Shown here one piece after another: positions 11,591 through 20,838 of a stretch of 64,000 bases of DNA; the stretch's first letter is position 1, and every line of letters starts with the position of its first letter. The translations under genes were made by a program, and so were the position numbers. This stretch comes from Candidatus Levyibacteriota bacterium (lineage in GTDB: Bacteria > Patescibacteriota > Microgenomatia > Levybacterales > UBA12049): the NCBI GenBank assembly GCA_963790825.1, contig CAWBPM010000004.1:30987-94986 (forward strand), given 5' to 3'. The notes under the pieces were generated by a model. It did no database searches. It was not told the DNA's origin and saw only the letters and a program-made list of their open reading frames with translations.

Positions 11591-12958
11591 TTAAATTTCC
11601 AGGCGTAATTGAGGTGATTCTTTTTGGCTTCCGTCCCAAATTTTCACTTTTCCATACACACCGTCATACCCCGGATCAATCTGAATAGTGCCTTTTCGCA
11701 CCCTCCCTACTCCCTCAGCGATTCTCTCACCAGCTATTTTTTCAATTTCCTCCAGAGTACATTTCAAAAGTATAGAGAGTTCTGATCCTAACTCTTTGCA
11801 AATATTTATATACGCATTCTTTACTTTCTGAGCTGCAACCGTTGCGCCCATTGACTCGGCAATTATCTCCAGAAGTGGAACTAACTTAACATATGACGGA
11901 TGGCAATGCGACTTATCGGTAAACCACTTCAAGCCGTACTGATTGATTTTCTCTTCCATTATGCCAGAAGGAAGCGAGGCGAGCCCGCTTCGACTCAGCG
12001 AGGCGAGCTCCTGGACTCGAAACATGACTCCTTCTGTGAGACGGCGGCGACAAGCAGGACAAATATTCCCGCTTGTATTAATTTGAGATGGATCCAAAAC
12101 TACCTGACAATTGCGGTGCCCCGAATAATGATATTTTCCCTCCTCAGGATAAAATTCTATGGTATAACCAACTTTGAATTTTCCTTGTGGATTTCGTTTG
12201 ACAGCTTGTAAAATATCATTATATGAATAATTGGCTATTTGTAATTTATCATTTGTCATTCCGTTTTTATTGAAAATAAATACGGTTGCTTCTCTTCCCA
12301 TCTTCGCCGGACTATGCGCATCGGAAAAAGAGAGAATTGACCTGGTTTTTAATTCTTCAATTCGCCAGTTCATTTCCGGATCACTAGATAACCCTGTTTC
12401 AATACCATAAATATAATTACTTAAGTCTCCGAAGCTTTCTGAGATAGAGTTATATCCGCTTGCCGAGCCATATAGTCCGAAATGCGGCGTCCAGATGTGA
12501 CAGGGAATTAAAAATGCCCGTTCATCAATTCCCAAAACAAGTTCCAAAAGAGTTCTTGAGGAAAGTCCGATAATCGGCCTTCCGTCCGATGCTAAGTTAC
12601 AACCACGCTTCAGAAGTTCCTTGCTAATTTTTTCGGCCACCGCAAAAGACGGCACAAATATCAGATTATGAATCCGCCGGAGCTTATCTTTTTCCTTATA
12701 AATACTGGAAATCTCAGTTGATAGTAAAAAATGAACCTGTTTCTCCTCTTCCTCTGTTTTTAGTCCATAAATTCCCTCTTCGCGTTCCTCAAGCATTTTT
12801 CCTATCTCCTTAAACCACAGGGGGTGGGTAAAATCAGCTGCTGTAAGTAGATTTAGTCCTTTCGTAAGGGCATACTTTGCCATAACAGGAAGTGTCATGT
12901 CTTTAGAAACTGCCCGGGAATATTTCGAATGTAAATGTAAATCCGCAATAATTTCCAT
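11591..12958 (-). CDS. PHP-domain protein with C-terminal zinc ribbon, endonuclease Q-like
   Basis: N-terminal DLHLHSKYSRA PHP metal-binding motif, later CPACRRR...H zinc-binding cluster; 455 aa as for EndoQ. Confidence 0.5.
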   Translation of the reverse strand: MEIIADLHLHSKYSRAVSKDMTLPVMAKYALTKGLNLLTAADFTHPLWFKEIGKMLEEREEGIYGLKTEEEEKQVHFLLSTEISSIYKEKDKLRRIHNLIFVPSFAVAEKISKELLKRGCNLASDGRPIIGLSSRTLLELVLGIDERAFLIPCHIWTPHFGLYGSASGYNSISESFGDLSNYIYGIETGLSSDPEMNWRIEELKTRSILSFSDAHSPAKMGREATVFIFNKNGMTNDKLQIANYSYNDILQAVKRNPQGKFKVGYTIEFYPEEGKYHYSGHRNCQVVLDPSQINTSGNICPACRRRLTEGVMFRVQELASLSRSGLASLPSGIMEEKINQYGLKWFTDKSHCHPSYVKLVPLLEIIAESMGATVAAQKVKNAYINICKELGSELSILLKCTLEEIEKIAGERIAEGVGRVRKGTIQIDPGYDGVYGKVKIWDGSQKESPQLRLEI

Positions 12959-12999
12959 ACAATTATTTTAGCAAAAAAATCTATCAGATGCAGAAGTTG

Positions 13000-14078
13000 T
13001 ATGCGTCACGCACTTATTGGAATCTTGGCTTGTATAAAGGACATAGGCGACATATATTTAAGCGAAGCATGTGGCCTCTTATAGTTATACCAGTATAAAT
13101 ACTTTGTGAGCTTTTTTGCAAATGCTTCTGAGTCATAGTAAATCTCGTCATTTCTTAAAATGAATTCCTCCTGGATTGTCCGATTGAATCTCTCAATGTA
13201 ACTATTAATCTTTGGCATTCTGGGATAGATAAATTGATGTTTAATTTTCTGTTCAACTATATACTCATGGAATGATTTGAGAAACTCTGATCCATTATCT
13301 GTTTGGATTGTATGAATCGGTGTTGGATTATTGCACTGGAACTGCTTAAAAACCTCTCTTGCTGTTACTGAGGAGAGATCCGGTACATATACAACTAAGG
13401 CAAATTTTGTGTAAATATCAATCACACACATAAACAAATGTTTCTCAAAATTGATATAGACAACTACTGAATCCATCTCAATAAATCCAGGAGAAACTAC
13501 CTTAGGAGACTTTCTCACTCTTAGCTTTTTGAACTTGTTTTTTTGTTTCTGTGGGTAGACTTTCTTCTCAAATGTTAAGTGACGTCTTTTAAGTACTTTC
13601 CCAATAGTACTTTCTGCCAAGGTCTTAATACCCAGCTCTTTGGCATACGCATCAACAAAGGGCTTGAGCATACTTTTACCAATATTCCCATGCTCATGCC
13701 TCATCTCTCTAATGAACTCAATTATTCTCCAGTCTGTCTCCATCTTTCGCACATGGAGAGGTCTAGTTCCGTGTGGCACTAAACTGATTGTCCTTTTTCC
13801 GTTGTGTTCATAAGCATTTCTCCAGTTGTATAAGCTGCTCTTCTTTATTTTGAATGCAGCAAGGGTTGGACGCAGTCCATACTTGTAGTAGTGATTAATC
13901 ACGTGAAGGCGAAAAGCAGCTACATCGGATACTTCAACTGCTAATGAATTCTGGAGCATTTTCATCAGTATATGATAGCTCTTTTGTGAGTATTTTGGTC
14001 GTAAATGTCTTACTCGTTTAAAATCACTTGGCATAGAATCTTCTTCCTTAAGATTCCAATATGTATCGTGACTTATTC
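13000..14078 (-). mobile_element. IS481/rve-family insertion sequence (~1.08 kb) with imperfect terminal inverted repeats
   Basis: Left end GTCACGcactTATTGGAATCTT (13005-13026) vs revcomp of right end GTCACGatacatATTGGAATCTT (14052-14074); single transposase ORF fills the element. Confidence 0.7.
13006..14034 (-). CDS. DDE transposase, integrase-core (rve) domain, IS481-like
   Basis: 342 aa; HTH N-terminus, IQTDNGSEF and later E of DDE triad. Confidence 0.85.
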   Translation of the reverse strand: MPSDFKRVRHLRPKYSQKSYHILMKMLQNSLAVEVSDVAAFRLHVINHYYKYGLRPTLAAFKIKKSSLYNWRNAYEHNGKRTISLVPHGTRPLHVRKMETDWRIIEFIREMRHEHGNIGKSMLKPFVDAYAKELGIKTLAESTIGKVLKRRHLTFEKKVYPQKQKNKFKKLRVRKSPKVVSPGFIEMDSVVVYINFEKHLFMCVIDIYTKFALVVYVPDLSSVTAREVFKQFQCNNPTPIHTIQTDNGSEFLKSFHEYIVEQKIKHQFIYPRMPKINSYIERFNRTIQEEFILRNDEIYYDSEAFAKKLTKYLYWYNYKRPHASLKYMSPMSFIQAKIPISA

Positions 14079-14123
14079 AGAAAAAACCTTTACATTTTCT
14101 TACCGTTTTATTACACTATATAT

Positions 14124-14669
14124 ATGGCACCTGCAGAAATCTTATCCCATTCATTAGAAAAGCCAGTAAAGCTGTCAGTTAGTGAAACTAAACTGCGAAA
14201 AGCTTCCCGGCTATGGGAACGCGTGAAAAAACTGGGAGAAAAACCAGAGAAGCCCTTTGATAAATATGTGAGAGAACGAACTTATGAAGTAGCATTGTTA
14301 GGAAAAGATAACCTCGGCCCATGGGAGATTTCTCTGCCGAAAGAATTCGCTCAAGCTGCCATATTCGAGAGAAGGCTTAATGAACCACAAAATAATCCTG
14401 TGTGGATGGCAGCACGCCGGGCATATTTAAATGAAGATCGAGGCCGCCTTCCCTTGAAAGGAGAGGGCGCAGTGACAAGAACTACCGTACGGGCAGCTTG
14501 CGTCACCGGAATAGCAGAAATTGACCCAGAGAAAAAAGAACTGGTCTTTCCCTTTCTAGAGTCTTCTGCTACCCCCCTACAAATTAAGACTGATAATCCA
14601 TCTAAGGACATAGGCTTGGGGAATGCAATTTATATTGCTCCTCCTGTGAATAGGCAGAAGGCAGCCTAA
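14124..14669 (+). CDS. hypothetical protein (start chosen at ATG 14124, outside the IS right end; ORF track begins 14061)
   Basis: ORF abutting IS element; no motif recognised. Confidence 0.4.
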   Translation: MAPAEILSHSLEKPVKLSVSETKLRKASRLWERVKKLGEKPEKPFDKYVRERTYEVALLGKDNLGPWEISLPKEFAQAAIFERRLNEPQNNPVWMAARRAYLNEDRGRLPLKGEGAVTRTTVRAACVTGIAEIDPEKKELVFPFLESSATPLQIKTDNPSKDIGLGNAIYIAPPVNRQKAA

Positions 14670-14744
14670 GTTCCCAAGTTATAGCAAATAATAAGGTTAA
14701 AACTCAACTATTGACAATAGGAAGATCTATCCTATAATATATAC

Positions 14745-15179
14745 TTGTGTATTATGATTGAACAACAAGAAGCTTCCCTCTCTTCTATCGAGAGTCAATT
14801 TGCTGTAAAAACAAAGTTTCCTCAGCAAATGACCGTCGTAAAAAATTCTTATGAGATGGAAACCTATAACTATGTAGCGATGGCTATGGAAACAGCTGGA
14901 ATGGGACATATCAGCTTTAAGGAGTGCGGAGAACCTAGACTGTATGGCGAATTTGTCGACCTACCTCTCTCTTTAGATCAAGCCAAATATACCATTGTTC
15001 ACACTGGAGATCTCAGCCTTGCTCCCTTTCAAGAAGTTGTCGCCGCAGCGGAGATGTATATGGGACAATTAGACCAACTAGATGAGCTCGGCCTTGAATG
15101 GAATATCAAATCAGAAATTCTTTCTTATCTTATTGATAATAAAGTACAAGAAGTTAAACAAGCAAGATACCAGCACTAA
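14745..15179 (+). CDS. hypothetical acidic protein (144 aa)
   Basis: ORF only. Confidence 0.4.
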   Translation: MCIMIEQQEASLSSIESQFAVKTKFPQQMTVVKNSYEMETYNYVAMAMETAGMGHISFKECGEPRLYGEFVDLPLSLDQAKYTIVHTGDLSLAPFQEVVAAAEMYMGQLDQLDELGLEWNIKSEILSYLIDNKVQEVKQARYQH

Positions 15180-15180
15180 T

Positions 15181-17007
15181 TCATTTTTTTTCCTGCTCTT
15201 TATACATTTCCACTAATTCTTTAATATTCGTTGCGTCTTCTGCTTTTTTATCCTTATCACGAAATGACACCAAACGCGGGAAACGGAGGGCATATCCCGG
15301 CTCTATCTCACCAGACTTTGTCACTTCCCTACCTGCGCTGTGAAGCGGTGAGCGCGTAATCTCATCTGCCAATACCTCGATCACTATCTCGGGTTTTACC
15401 CAAACAGAAGGTGTAATGAGTGAATTCACACGCGCCGGCTTCTTATCTGTTTCAATGCTTCTTGTTTTCGTTTTAATACTTTGCCACTCCTCATCAGTCA
15501 ATCCGGTTCCGATTTTACTCACCGTCACAAACTCATCGTTTTTCTGGTCATACACACCGACGAGAAGTGCTCCAGCCCCAAAAGCAGTCCGTTTCCCTTT
15601 TCCATAAATATAACCTAAGATAACACAGTCAATCGTGTCTGTCAGATCTCCTGCTGAATGGCGTTTTAATTTAACCCAATTAAAATTTCTGCCTCCCGCC
15701 TGATAAGGAGAATCAATTTTCTTAACTACTACTCCTTCTAGTCCCTTTGAAATCGAGTCATCTAGCATCAACTGGAGTTCATGAGGATTAGTTAGGATTT
15801 TTCCCACAACCGGAATCAGTGTATCGTCCGCCTCGACTGTCTTCTGAAGAATTTCCATCCGCTCCACAAGTGGCAAATCAATGAGTGATTTTCCATCCTT
15901 ATAGAGAATGTCAAATACAAATGCCCGAAGCGGTAAGCTCTCGCTCATCTCTTCAATATTATGTTTCCGTCTGCGCTTCGTCGTCTCCTGAAACGGCAGA
16001 AATTCTTCCGATTCTCTCTGATAGGCCATAGCTTCAGAATCCAAAATTACGTTTTTTGCTCTCACCTGTTTTAAGGTGCCGGCAATAAGCTCTGGAAACA
16101 TGTGGGTCATATCCTCAAGGTTCCTGGAAAACATGGATACCTTGTTTCCATTTTTATGAATTTGCACCCGAAATCCGTCATATTTAGGAGTGGCATGGAC
16201 TTTCCCCATTTTCTCAATTACTTTTTCCGGATTCGGTAAGCGTTCACAAAGCTCCGACCGAATTGGCCTGCCGACGGTTACACTAAGTTTTTGTACTGCC
16301 GAAAGACCGCTTTCAAGCAAAGTTTTGCCAATAAGCCCAAGATCCGATGTTTCATTGTATGTCTTTTCAAGCAGCTTTCTTTTTCCCCGGTCGTGCAAGA
16401 TTGCTAAAGCTAAACCATCAAGGACTGTCGGATCACCGACTCCCAAACGCGTATTCCCCAGGGGAATCCTGACCAAATGTTTTGAGGAAACCGCATCCAT
16501 ATGCTCGAGAAGCGTCGACAATCTCGTAATTTTTTTCTCCACACTGCCGACACCTGATGTACGTGCGATTTCTTCAAGCTCCCCACATACCGCCAAGACC
16601 GATAATTCTTCTCTTTTTCCTTTTTTACGTTTCCTGCTACTAAGCTCGTAGGCTACCAAACCTAAATCGCCTTTTCTCTCATAATCTTTAAGTACTTCAG
16701 CTTTTGATAATCCAAAAGCTTCACCGATACTTTGTGCAACCATCTTATCTGCCATGCCGATCTGAAGAGCTGAGAAAAACGGCGAGATCCTCCCCTGCGT
16801 TAGATAAATAATTTTATCCACTTCCCTAGCTTTTGTGCTGCGAAAGAGCTCTGCCAGAATATCAATCAATATGAGCCTGGAGGAAGTATTCTCTAATTTC
16901 TCGAAATAGCCTGCTAAAGCACTAAAAAACATGACTCCATTGTAACACATAAGAGAAAAAGATATAATACTCTCATGGTAGAAAATAAGACCTATAAGGA
17001 AGAACAT
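15181..17007 (-). CDS. lig: ATP-dependent DNA ligase (Lig1/archaeal-type: DBD + nucleotidyltransferase + OB)
   Basis: 608 aa; motif I ATPKYDGFRVQIH (K-x-D-G-x-R), ligase motifs downstream; size matches three-domain ATP ligases. Confidence 0.85.
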   Translation of the reverse strand: MFFLIGLIFYHESIISFSLMCYNGVMFFSALAGYFEKLENTSSRLILIDILAELFRSTKAREVDKIIYLTQGRISPFFSALQIGMADKMVAQSIGEAFGLSKAEVLKDYERKGDLGLVAYELSSRKRKKGKREELSVLAVCGELEEIARTSGVGSVEKKITRLSTLLEHMDAVSSKHLVRIPLGNTRLGVGDPTVLDGLALAILHDRGKRKLLEKTYNETSDLGLIGKTLLESGLSAVQKLSVTVGRPIRSELCERLPNPEKVIEKMGKVHATPKYDGFRVQIHKNGNKVSMFSRNLEDMTHMFPELIAGTLKQVRAKNVILDSEAMAYQRESEEFLPFQETTKRRRKHNIEEMSESLPLRAFVFDILYKDGKSLIDLPLVERMEILQKTVEADDTLIPVVGKILTNPHELQLMLDDSISKGLEGVVVKKIDSPYQAGGRNFNWVKLKRHSAGDLTDTIDCVILGYIYGKGKRTAFGAGALLVGVYDQKNDEFVTVSKIGTGLTDEEWQSIKTKTRSIETDKKPARVNSLITPSVWVKPEIVIEVLADEITRSPLHSAGREVTKSGEIEPGYALRFPRLVSFRDKDKKAEDATNIKELVEMYKEQEKK

Positions 17008-17604
17008 TCTAGCCAGGAAGCAGTTGTTCTTTCTCCATATGTTACAGAATTATTAGGAGAAGGGTTGGAACATTTGACCCGCAATCCAATGGCAGTAATT
17101 AAAACCGGCATCTCAGCGCTTAAGCGAAATCCTGCTTGTGCTCCGGAGAGTAATTTAGCATGTCTAACAGAATGTATTGAAACATCAATACATGATATTG
17201 AACAAGATTCTCACGCTCTGAAAGGAGGAGCAAGTGTCGTACCCTTCTCTGGCGGCTTCGATCTTCAGTTTCACAATTCTCAACATAATGTAGTTGTCCG
17301 TCCGGGGCTAGCTGATATCGATTCCCCAACTATGGGCAAACTTGGCCGTGCTTTAATTCATCGCTATGGGAATGCTTTTACCTCATTAGTTTCCGGATCG
17401 TCACTGCTGAGAGAGACAGAACTACACGAAGAAGCAGCAAGTTTATATCGAACAATTCGGCCTATCTTTTATGCCGATCATCTGACGATCCAAAAAACAG
17501 AAATTGGAGAGATAATCTTTACCATGACCGACAAACTGGGGGAACAAACAAGCCTGACTACGCAACCACAACAATCTCCAAATCAACAAACTAATGCTGC
17601 CTAG
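16975..17604 (+). CDS. hypothetical protein (209 aa), Gln/Pro-rich C-terminus
   Basis: ORF only; slight overlap with ligase start on opposite strand. Confidence 0.35.
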   Translation: MVENKTYKEEHSSQEAVVLSPYVTELLGEGLEHLTRNPMAVIKTGISALKRNPACAPESNLACLTECIETSIHDIEQDSHALKGGASVVPFSGGFDLQFHNSQHNVVVRPGLADIDSPTMGKLGRALIHRYGNAFTSLVSGSSLLRETELHEEAASLYRTIRPIFYADHLTIQKTEIGEIIFTMTDKLGEQTSLTTQPQQSPNQQTNAA

Positions 17605-18674
17605 CTGCTCATAATATATTTCGCTGCTTTTGTGCTCCCGTGCTTTTTAATTAAGCCTGTTTTAATTAAAGCTTTTAGCTCATTTAATACCGTATCTTCC
17701 GAAACAAACGGGAATAATTGTTTAAATCCATTGTTTTGCAGGAACCCAGTTTTTTGAATATATTCTATAATTTTTAATTGCCGCTCTGAAAGCATCAGTG
17801 GTGCCCCCAACCGTTCTTTTAACTTCCCGTCAATTGAGATTTTCTCAACTTTTTCTTTAATCTTCGCCAGCTCGATTGCCAATCCTTCAGTGAAATACTC
17901 CAGCCATTCGGTTAGATCTCCTTCCCGCATGCCGACACTTTGCAAAGCTGCGTAGTAGACTGGTGCATTTGTATCAAAGTATTCCTCGAGTGAAAAGAAT
18001 TTACGGATATCATAACCTTCCTGAAAAAGTATAAGGGTGGACAGTGCCCTGGCAACCCGACCGTTTCCATCAATAAACGGATGGATCCGGACAAGCTCGT
18101 AATGAACAATCCCAGCTTTCAAAACAGAGTGCATCGTGTCCATCGTTACACCGTTAATAAACTGAACAAGGTCATTCATTTGGTAAGTAACAGCAATAGC
18201 CATGGGAGGCGTAAAACTTACCTGTCCTGTTTGGCTGTTTTTAATCACCACCTGAGTTTTTCGATATATTCCGCTGCGTTCGGGACTTAGGATCTTTTCC
18301 AGAGTCAAAGCGTGTAGTTTTTTAATCAATGCCTCGTCTATTTTTCTCTTCCCCCCCCTACTTTCTTCCGTGCCGATAAATTCCATCACTTTTCGATAAT
18401 TAATAACTTCCTGCACATCTCGCGGTCTGGCAACCACGTCTTGACCTAAAAGCACTTTCTCAGCTTGAGTCAAATTCAACTCGTTCCCCTCAAGATGCGT
18501 GCCATGATAAACTTGTCTGACCATTGCCTCATTTTGGAATTTTTTTTCGTAGTAAGGCAGAAGCGGTGCATTATCAATTACTTCCTTACACGCTTCAATA
18601 ATACCAATGTACTTAAGAATCTTATTTGTGATGGTATATTTAGGTGTATACATGGGTCGCGATAATTCTTGCAT
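17601..18674 (-). CDS. fic: Fic/DOC family protein (AMPylator-like) with C-terminal winged helix
   Basis: 357 aa; canonical HPFIDGNGRVAR Fic motif; contains G8 homopolymer in coding sequence (18351-18358). Confidence 0.85.
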   Translation of the reverse strand: MQELSRPMYTPKYTITNKILKYIGIIEACKEVIDNAPLLPYYEKKFQNEAMVRQVYHGTHLEGNELNLTQAEKVLLGQDVVARPRDVQEVINYRKVMEFIGTEESRGGKRKIDEALIKKLHALTLEKILSPERSGIYRKTQVVIKNSQTGQVSFTPPMAIAVTYQMNDLVQFINGVTMDTMHSVLKAGIVHYELVRIHPFIDGNGRVARALSTLILFQEGYDIRKFFSLEEYFDTNAPVYYAALQSVGMREGDLTEWLEYFTEGLAIELAKIKEKVEKISIDGKLKERLGAPLMLSERQLKIIEYIQKTGFLQNNGFKQLFPFVSEDTVLNELKALIKTGLIKKHGSTKAAKYIMSS

Positions 18675-18736
18675 ATTTACCGAAAGATTGCAATGAGAGA
18701 ATAGCTTTCTTTAATATTTTTTGCTATAGTAAAAAT

Positions 18737-19060
18737 ATGGCTGAGAAAACAACGGGAAGTATCAGAGAAAATGCCAGAGAGCTGCAAATTGAACTGCTTC
18801 GCCAGATGGTAACCCTGGCAACCAGTGGATTTGGATTAGTGGCAGCACTTGCCTGGAACAGTGTGATTCAGGAGCTGGTCAGCACCTATATTAAAAAATG
18901 GCTGCCCGCCGGCTGGGGTATCATTTCACTTCTTCTGTATGCTCTAATTGTCACTGCTCTAGCAGTCTTTGTTACGTATAATTTGACCAAGACGCTTAAA
19001 CGGCTTGTTCAGTCCCAAGAAGTGAACGAGAAAGCACCTAAAATCGAAAAGAAGAGCTAA
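18737..19060 (+). CDS. small membrane protein (start at ATG 18737; TTGCAA-17-TTAATA promoter at 18691-18719)
   Basis: Two hydrophobic helices; the longer ORF-track start overlaps fic. Confidence 0.45.
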   Translation: MAEKTTGSIRENARELQIELLRQMVTLATSGFGLVAALAWNSVIQELVSTYIKKWLPAGWGIISLLLYALIVTALAVFVTYNLTKTLKRLVQSQEVNEKAPKIEKKS

Positions 19061-19139
19061 TAATCGATTCCTTACTATCTCCCGGCAAATCAACCCCTGA
19101 CACCAACAATAAATCTGGTATTATCTCTCAATTAAACCT

Positions 19140-19799
19140 ATGGTAACTGAATTTGAGACAGTTGGAGTTTCAGGCTTACATAGAGGAACTGTTGTCCATA
19201 CTTTTACTCAGGAAGGAGAACCGACCGGGCAAAGTTTCCTTTTGCTTAAAGATTCCAATCCCCTGAGAAGAATACGCCCAGATAAACCTTTACAAACTAC
19301 TGCTGTACCGATTGCTTTCACAGATAGAGGAGCAAAGATTGATTACCAAACTTCCTACACTACTATTCCTGAAGGAACGAGGATTATGACAGCTGGTCGA
19401 ATGGGCGAAGAAGGTATGAGATCAGTTCGAATGGGATTACGCGATTATTTCTTAGAAAAACAAGGGAAGTTACAGACTAATCCATATCATCTCAGACGAT
19501 TCGCCAGAGAGGCGCAAGAAAAAGAAGCGGCAAGAATGCGGGAATTACCTCCTGGGGATCGGGAAAGATTCTGGGAACCTTATGAGCGGTTAGCTGAAGT
19601 TATTGTTTTTAGAGGTCTTAAACCTGAAAGATTAGACGGAATGGGAGGACCGCTTCGAGAAGGAGCAACATTCTATGATGTAAATAACGCAGTAAAGAAT
19701 GGACAAATAATGAGTATGGAAAGATCAGCTGAGGCAAAATTTGATGCTATTAGCCGCGAGCTACAAAGAGTCGTTAGTTTCCCAGCAAAAGATAAATAG
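19140..19799 (+). CDS. hypothetical protein (219 aa)
   Basis: ORF only. Confidence 0.4.
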   Translation: MVTEFETVGVSGLHRGTVVHTFTQEGEPTGQSFLLLKDSNPLRRIRPDKPLQTTAVPIAFTDRGAKIDYQTSYTTIPEGTRIMTAGRMGEEGMRSVRMGLRDYFLEKQGKLQTNPYHLRRFAREAQEKEAARMRELPPGDRERFWEPYERLAEVIVFRGLKPERLDGMGGPLREGATFYDVNNAVKNGQIMSMERSAEAKFDAISRELQRVVSFPAKDK

Positions 19800-19808
19800 A
19801 AATAATCA

Positions 19809-20726
19809 TTAGCTATTTAACAGCTCCTTCATTACCACCGGAATCTCATTTACTAAATCCGTACTGTTGAAATAATAGCTTACTTTTTCAAATAATCTCT
19901 CTCCTGCCTTTTTGTTTATATATGATCCACAAATAGCACTTAAATATAAATCATTTTTTGTCGCCAATGAAGCAACAAGTCCTGCCAAAACGTCGCCAGT
20001 TCCGCCTTTAGTCATGCCCGGATTGCCACCGCTAATTTTACAACACTCATTTGCAGAACAAACAACATCTTCCTCACCTTTCAATAAAACAACACAATTA
20101 TATTCTTTCGCAAACCTCTTCACCTGATCTGCTAATTTTAAATTTTGAATTGTAATTTTGAATTCTGAATTCTGAATTCTGAATTTAAGTGATTCGAACT
20201 CTCCGGGATGTGGTGTTATTACTACGTTGTCTTTAAGTGGTAGCAGCCATTCAGGCTCCAGCATCTGCAAGGCTCCTGCATCAATTACCCACTTTTTCTC
20301 AGGATATTTGTTAAGTAAATATTTCGTCAGCCAATACGTCTGCTCTCCTTCATTCTCTAATTTCAGAATCTCAGGTAATTCCTTATTTGATTTTGAACTC
20401 TGAATTTTAAACTCTAAACTCCTAAGCATTCCCGGACCGATGAGAATAGCATCCGCTTCGTCTATATAATCCTCAATCTTTTCCTGCGGAATCACTATGC
20501 CATTACGAAATAATTCTTTACTTTTCCGAACGATCTCATTATTCTCGGGAATCGAGGCGTAAAACACCATATCGACAATTCTGGAAGCAACTTCCAATGC
20601 CCAAAGCGTTGAAGCATGGAAAAGATGTGATCCGCCGACTATGAGAAGTTTTCCATTTTGCCCCTTGTGAGAAGAAGGCAAAGGAATATAGAGTTTTTTT
20701 AGTAGTTCAGGATTAAACTCTTGCAT
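19809..20726 (-). CDS. nnrD: ADP-dependent (S)-NAD(P)H-hydrate dehydratase (YjeF C-terminal domain) carrying two in-frame heptamer-repeat insertions
   Basis: GGSHLFHASTLWAL, ITPHPGEF, GGTGDVLAGL motifs; extra peptides LKFRIQNSEFKITIQNLK and LRSLEFKIQSSKSN encoded by tandem AATTCTG-type repeats. Confidence 0.75.
   Translation of the reverse strand: MQEFNPELLKKLYIPLPSSHKGQNGKLLIVGGSHLFHASTLWALEVASRIVDMVFYASIPENNEIVRKSKELFRNGIVIPQEKIEDYIDEADAILIGPGMLRSLEFKIQSSKSNKELPEILKLENEGEQTYWLTKYLLNKYPEKKWVIDAGALQMLEPEWLLPLKDNVVITPHPGEFESLKFRIQNSEFKITIQNLKLADQVKRFAKEYNCVVLLKGEEDVVCSANECCKISGGNPGMTKGGTGDVLAGLVASLATKNDLYLSAICGSYINKKAGERLFEKVSYYFNSTDLVNEIPVVMKELLNS
20131..20188. repeat. degenerate heptamer tandem array (AATTTTG/AATTGTA/ATTCTGA x3) with overlapping GAATTC sites, inside nnrD
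   Basis: Directly visible: ...ttgaattctgaattctgaattctgaattt... Confidence 0.8.
20391..20425. repeat. second heptamer array (GATTTTG AACTCTG AATTTTA AACTCTA AACTCCT) inside nnrD
   Basis: Directly visible tandem 7-mers. Confidence 0.7.
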
Positions 20727-20838
20727 AAAAATTTCTAATTATTCTAATTAACCTAATTTCTAATCAAGCCCTAATGATAAAATTTTTAATAGAATTGTGG
20801 CATAAGGCATTCTTTAGGTCAATTAGAAATTAGTATAA

